DNA from: Patescibacteria group bacterium
GTDB taxonomy: Bacteria > Patescibacteriota > Minisyncoccia > Phycocordibacterales > Phycocordibacteraceae
Length of the DNA stretch: 64,000 bases
NCBI GenBank assembly: GCA_013815345.1
Contig: JACDGK010000001.1
Span: 3,076-67,075 of the forward strand
Direction: 5' to 3'
Shown here: positions 59,238 to 64,000 of the stretch, in pieces
How positions within the stretch are numbered: position 1 is the first letter of the stretch
How the letters are laid out: each line of letters opens with the position of its first letter
Notes under the pieces: model-generated
What the model was told of the DNA's origin: nothing
The model's database searches: none
The model's input: the letters and a program-made list of their open reading frames with translations, nothing else
Position numbers and translations under genes: made by a program

Positions 59238-61079
59238 CTAAGCTTCAACCTTGCGGAAACGGAACACAAACTCACGGCCAGAATCCCACCCGCTGCCAGG
59301 CTCCGCCCAACTGCGGTCGAGCCACAAACCGCCGTCATACCGGCGCAGGCGGAAGACGCTCGGGTCGCCATCGCGAGCCGCAATTTGCTTCATACCAATA
59401 TGTACGTATTCTCTTAAGGGTTGGTCTTTATATTTGAGACGATAGTTAGGTCCTGTATCTGGGGGACAGAGTTCCAGTCCGAGGGCTTCCGCTCGTTCAT
59501 AAATCTGATCAGTAGTAGCGTTTGTCTTAAATCCAAGATCGGCGACAGTGAGGCGAACAAGCTTCGCTTCTTCGCGATTTTCGGAAACGGTAAAATCAGG
59601 ATTCCCCATCATTGATTTTGCATAATCAGAGATGTTGATTCCAGCCGATTCCATTTCGGCAATGAGTTGCTCTTTTGACTTTCCTCCTATTTCCACGCTA
59701 TCTCTCCTAATTTTCTTTTCGGGAAATGAGGTATAGACATGTTCTAGATGTTCCGACAATTTTTGAAAAATGCCCGGTTCGAGTTGTCCGACATACGCTT
59801 TAGTTTTTTCAGTTATTTCGCTCGGCACATGAGCGATCTCGTCTCTGGTACATTCAAATATGACAAGCATATCTTCCTCAGTATTTCTCCCTTCCCGAAG
59901 TTCGTCGATACGAGGGTCTTTATCATATCCGAAGCCCTCGATAGTTCCGTTGATTTCGTAAAGAAAGGTTAAGTCGTCTTTAGTAAACGGTTCCTCTTTT
60001 TCACGTTTTTGGTCAAGAGCGGTCAATATTTTCATGTCATTACTCTTCTTGCGATATGAATCAGCTTCGCCACCAAAATCTTGAAGTTTTGCATCAAGTG
60101 CTTCTTGCATGATCGGCTCTACTCCTTGGTGTGGCAAAATACCTCGCACTTCGCCAATCTTGTTCTCTCCATTCATACGGATAGCGAGGCGGGGTTGGGT
60201 CGGCTCGCCTGATGAATCGTTAGTGTAATACACATAAAAATCGCCTGATTCTATCTGCGTCTCGGCCGTCGAACGTCCGGCAGTACACCAGCCAGTGCCC
60301 TTGCCTTCTAGAGATTCAAATAATTGCTCTGCATCACCATTTCTTCCTTGCTGATATTTTTTCCATTCACCCCTGACTTCTTCACGACCTTCCATTGAGG
60401 CTGCGAGAGATTTTGAAATGAGTTCAGCATAAAGAGTTGGAAACTTCTTAGAGAACGCTTCTTTGATTTCTGGTTCCCTGAGGTGCTTGTTATCCTCTTT
60501 TACTTTTAAGTAAATATCGGCAATTTGGGCAAGCGGTTCGCGGTAGATATCCGGATATGGAGCGACTGTTGTACTAGTTCGCTTTTTGAATTCACCTCGT
60601 TCTTTGTCGAATTGGGAAAGCTTGGTGACCTGGTTCCAAGCGTAGTATTTAAACCAAGCAGGATATACCGCATCATTTGAAGAAAGATAGTCAATCCAGG
60701 CATCAAGCGAGTGCTTCTGGTCTTCGATCGCCACGCTCATCATCTGCTCGCGGACGTTTTCTGGAATTTCTTCTACCGCTTGACCTCGCTCACGAGCAAT
60801 ACGTTGCTGGAGCTCGAAATATGATTCTGGAAAGTTCTCTTTCTTGATGATGAATGCGTCGTATATCTTATTCCGAAACATGTCTAGGTTTCGTTCACGA
60901 ACTCGCTCGTCTGGATTGAGAAAAACATTCTCCAAGCGATCCATATACGCCTCAACGCGTTCCGCAGGATCATTTGGTATTTTTTCTTCGGTCTGTCTCT
61001 CTTCTCGCTCCACGGCTCGATTTACCTCAGGAGAGGTTTGGAGTTCTGGGTTTTTGAGATGAAGCGGATGTTTTTCCAT
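59238..61079 (-). CDS. Hypothetical protein with a C-terminal DGR variable-region-like (CLec-type) segment
   Basis: GTGWCTAG..YVYY..PRLAIRM core; C-terminus VFRL...GLWL...W..P...W...FVFRFRK encoded by A-poor DNA. Confidence 0.8.
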   Translation of the reverse strand: MEKHPLHLKNPELQTSPEVNRAVEREERQTEEKIPNDPAERVEAYMDRLENVFLNPDERVRERNLDMFRNKIYDAFIIKKENFPESYFELQQRIARERGQAVEEIPENVREQMMSVAIEDQKHSLDAWIDYLSSNDAVYPAWFKYYAWNQVTKLSQFDKERGEFKKRTSTTVAPYPDIYREPLAQIADIYLKVKEDNKHLREPEIKEAFSKKFPTLYAELISKSLAASMEGREEVRGEWKKYQQGRNGDAEQLFESLEGKGTGWCTAGRSTAETQIESGDFYVYYTNDSSGEPTQPRLAIRMNGENKIGEVRGILPHQGVEPIMQEALDAKLQDFGGEADSYRKKSNDMKILTALDQKREKEEPFTKDDLTFLYEINGTIEGFGYDKDPRIDELREGRNTEEDMLVIFECTRDEIAHVPSEITEKTKAYVGQLEPGIFQKLSEHLEHVYTSFPEKKIRRDSVEIGGKSKEQLIAEMESAGINISDYAKSMMGNPDFTVSENREEAKLVRLTVADLGFKTNATTDQIYERAEALGLELCPPDTGPNYRLKYKDQPLREYVHIGMKQIAARDGDPSVFRLRRYDGGLWLDRSWAEPGSGWDSGREFVFRFRKVEA

Positions 61080-61170
61080 ACATTGATTTTAGCAAAAATG
61101 AACCTTTTTCGCTATACTATTTTCAGATTGGTTTCATTGAACGGTTACGGCTTTTCAAGACCATTCCGAT

Positions 61171-61665
61171 TCACATATGCTGAGAGCGCAGCCGGAGGGT
61201 CTTAGTTAGAAAGATTGAAACGGATGCGAAAAGTGCAAATCCCGCTCCAAGCAGGATTAGCACATCAGGAGATAGAAATGAGGCTATAGCGCCAGAAATT
61301 ATGCCAGGTAAAGCAGATGCCAGAGATTGCACACTAGCATTTATCCCTAATACTTCTCCTTGCGTATCATTGCCAGTGCTACTGCTTAAAAGACTGGTGA
61401 TCATCGTATAAGACAGGGCGACGCCCAGAGCGATGATAGGTGTGGCAATCAGTAACCAGCCCCATTGGGGAGCCCGTGGTTCCTCATACCTTTCCTTAAA
61501 ACTAGGGTACTCAAAAAACAAGCGTGTGAATTTGTTTTGCTCTTCCTTTGTGGCTGATTTAAGTAGCGCATCCGTAACAAAGTAAACGTTATCGATTCCT
61601 TGGGGATTTTTGGAGAGACGTATTATAGCTAGCAAAACCCGCAACTCTAAGAGTTTCCGCATCAT
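61171..61665 (-). pseudogene. Apparent chimera: soluble (Coq4-like?) N-terminus joined to the last TMs of an MFS transporter
   Basis: C-terminal half ITSLLS....QGEVLGINASVQSLA is a typical MFS end; the N-terminal half is unrelated. Confidence 0.5.
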
Positions 61666-61822
61666 ACTAGAAGAATGAGTAGTAAGCAGTCACGCCTGTA
61701 TTCTAACGTGGAAAGAAGCAGAATACCATTAGATACCTATAGATACCTACAAAGCTATTTTGAGGCTTTACTCAATCATATTGCGAATCTATAACTTGCT
61801 AGCATCTCGGACTAGCTCAAGT

Positions 61823-61896
61823 TGGCTGCGAGACTAGGACTCGAACCTAGATAACGACCTCCAGAGGGTCGCGTCCTACCATTAGACGATCTCGCA
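61823..61896 (-). tRNA. tRNA-Gln (anticodon CTG), CCA encoded
   Basis: TGCGAGA acceptor, D-loop TAATGGTA, anticodon loop CTCTGGA, GTTCGAGTC, GCCA end. Confidence 0.96.
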
Positions 61897-62018
61897 AGGT
61901 GGCTCTGTGGGCCTTGATAGGCGCGGCTTTGCCGCGCCATTTGTCTTCTCTATTTAACACTCAACCTACAGACGATACGGGAAAATCACTAAAGAAACAA
62001 GGCCGGAAAGGGCTAGCG

Positions 62019-63686
62019 TTATGATTTCGCTGACTCTTTTCTCTCGAGCGCTGCCTTCAGGAAAGCAGTGAAAAGTGGGTGCGGCGTGAGCGGGCGCGCT
62101 TGGAGTTCAGGGTGGAACTGCGTACCGAGATAGAAGGGGTGCTTTTCACGAGGAAGCTCGGCTATTTCCATGAGCACGCCGTCGGGAGAAACTCCAGAGA
62201 ATACAAGGCCAGCATTTGTAATCTGCTCGATGTAGTCAGGATTGATCTCGTAGCGGTGACGATGACGTTCTTCCACGGACGCGGCGCCGTAGGCGCCGCG
62301 TGCAACCGTTCCCTCTTTCAGGTCTGCTGTATACACCCCGAGTCGCATTGTGCCGCCATACTTTCCTTCTTTAATAAGCGTTGCTTGCTCAGGCATAACG
62401 TCGACAACCGGATTCGTTGTCGTGGGATTGATCTCTACCGTATGCGCATCTTTGAGACCAATCACATTTCGTGCGTATTCGATCACGAGCATGTGCATGC
62501 CGTAGCAGAGACCGAAATACGGAATTTGATGTTCGCGCGCATATTTTGCTGCAAGTATCTTGCCCTCGATACCGGTTTCTCCGAAGCCGCCGGGAACGAT
62601 GATGCCGTCATATTTCGCAAGCGTTTCAATGTCCGTGCCACCACCCGTTTCTTTTGCAAAATCCTTCGCGTTCACCCACTCGATCTTCGGCTTCACGCCG
62701 ATCTCTGCACCGGAAAATTTAAGCGCCTCAATCACCGAAAGATACGCGTCAGAAAGCACGAAGTCGCCCGTATCAAAATACTTACCCACAATACCGATCG
62801 TGAGAACCTTATCACTTTTCTTTGAACGTTCAACGAAGTTTCGCCAGTCACGCATGTCAGCAGGGACTTCTTTTGAAAGTGCGAGTGCGTCAAGCAGCAG
62901 ATCGCCGAAATGATCCTTCTCAAAGTTTAGTGGCACGTCATAAATACTTTCGACATCGGGTGCCGAGATGATGTGGTCAGGACGGACGTTACACCAAATA
63001 GCGAGTTTCTCTTTTCGCTTCTCATCCATCGAAGTATTCGAGCGAGCGATAATGAAGTCGGGCTGTACACCGTATGAATTTAACTCGCGCACTGCAGTCT
63101 GCGTTGGCTTGGTTTTCATTTCACCAATAGTGTTCGGAACCGGTAAATACGAGACGAGCAAGTAGCGCACGTCGTCAGGATGCTTAAGACGCATTACACG
63201 AGCAGCTTCGATGAAAAGCGCATTCTGAAAATCTCCAACCGTTCCCCCTATTTCGATGACAGAAATTTGGCTGCCGTTGTGGGCAGCCGCAGCTTCAATG
63301 CGTTGAATGATTTCATCTCGCACGTGCGGAATCGCCTCAACGAATTTTCCGTTGTATCCCAAACTACGCTCTCTGGTGATAACCGCCTGATATACCATGC
63401 CACTCGTCATGTAGTCTTCGGGCGTAAGATCACGGCCGAGAAACCGTTCGTAGTTTCCCATGTCCTGATCGGTTTCAAGCCCACTACGAAGCACAAAAAC
63501 TTCGCCATGCTCGGTGGGGTTCATCGTGCCGGCATCGACATTCAAATACGGATCGATCTTTACGAGATTTACCCCGAAGCCGCGCTCCTTCAGAATGAGG
63601 CCCGTTGAAGAAGTCACGATGCCTTTCCCGACGCCTGACATCACCCCGCCCAGTACGAAAATATATTTATGACCTTCCGTTGCCAT
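62019..63686 (-). CDS. pyrG: CTP synthase
   Basis: GGVMSGVGKG, DPYLNVDAGTMNPTEHGEVFV, KTKPTQ, GLCYG, ERHRHRYE, QFHPE. Confidence 0.99.
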   Translation of the reverse strand: MATEGHKYIFVLGGVMSGVGKGIVTSSTGLILKERGFGVNLVKIDPYLNVDAGTMNPTEHGEVFVLRSGLETDQDMGNYERFLGRDLTPEDYMTSGMVYQAVITRERSLGYNGKFVEAIPHVRDEIIQRIEAAAAHNGSQISVIEIGGTVGDFQNALFIEAARVMRLKHPDDVRYLLVSYLPVPNTIGEMKTKPTQTAVRELNSYGVQPDFIIARSNTSMDEKRKEKLAIWCNVRPDHIISAPDVESIYDVPLNFEKDHFGDLLLDALALSKEVPADMRDWRNFVERSKKSDKVLTIGIVGKYFDTGDFVLSDAYLSVIEALKFSGAEIGVKPKIEWVNAKDFAKETGGGTDIETLAKYDGIIVPGGFGETGIEGKILAAKYAREHQIPYFGLCYGMHMLVIEYARNVIGLKDAHTVEINPTTTNPVVDVMPEQATLIKEGKYGGTMRLGVYTADLKEGTVARGAYGAASVEERHRHRYEINPDYIEQITNAGLVFSGVSPDGVLMEIAELPREKHPFYLGTQFHPELQARPLTPHPLFTAFLKAALERKESAKS

Positions 63687-63691
63687 ATGCC

Positions 63692-64000
63692 CTACACGTG
63701 AAGATAGCGACGAACGGCAAGATAGCTGGCGAAACCGCCGAGCAAAATACCTGAACCGAGAACAATACCTCCTACTCTAAGGAAGTTTGCGGTGTAGTAC
63801 GCGAAGAGATCAAAACCACCGAGCCAATTCGAAAGATGGGTGCCCGCATACCACGTTGCAGGTGTAAAAAGGAGAAGGGCCAGAATGGCAGATAGCACGC
63901 CGGCGAGGACGCCGGCGACAATAAACGGCCCCCGAATATAGGCATTGGAAGCGCCCACGAGGCGCATAACCGCAATTTCGTCTCGTGCGCTGTAGATAGC
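63692..64000 (-). CDS. ftsX: Cell division permease FtsX (C-terminal part; 5' end lies outside the window)
   Basis: R.EIAVMRLVGASNAYIRGPF...AVRRYL. Confidence 0.9.
   Translation of the reverse strand, partial: AIYSARDEIAVMRLVGASNAYIRGPFIVAGVLAGVLSAILALLLFTPATWYAGTHLSNWLGGFDLFAYYTANFLRVGGIVLGSGILLGGFASYLAVRRYLHV

Overview
Gene-dense bacterial DNA in genetic code 11 (TGA is used as stop). The gene content, the many small membrane and secreted hypothetical proteins and the near-leaderless genes suggest a Patescibacteria/CPR (Parcubacteria-like) genome; this is an inference, not a database result. Housekeeping genes include htpX/lemA, groESL, secG, rnj, mutY, nth, msrAB, a DEAD-box helicase, typA, mltG, radC, serS, tRNA-Gln(CTG), pyrG and ftsX, plus several transporters. 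Main observations: (1) an OmpR-family regulator + ThiF-like adenylase + FeeM/LuxI/T-hemolysin-like GNAT + membrane/GAF histidine kinase cassette (32.3-36.7 kb) that looks like a signal synthesis-and-sensing system, with a shared upstream motif in front of several envelope genes; (2) an unannotated RNA pair upstream of typA, made of a 67-nt tRNA-like RNA (anticodon-like ATC, G73) and a separately promoted small RNA partly complementary to it; (3) an orphan DGR-type target gene next to tRNA-Gln; (4) an accessory block with a GuaA/archaeal-type SAM synthetase chimera, a PepE-like gene, a truncated AlaRS paralog and SerRS; (5) several structured ncRNA candidates (6S-like RNA, DEAD-box leader, mutY-flanking repeats, a GC-rich element). 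All product calls come from motif recognition by eye; no searches were run.
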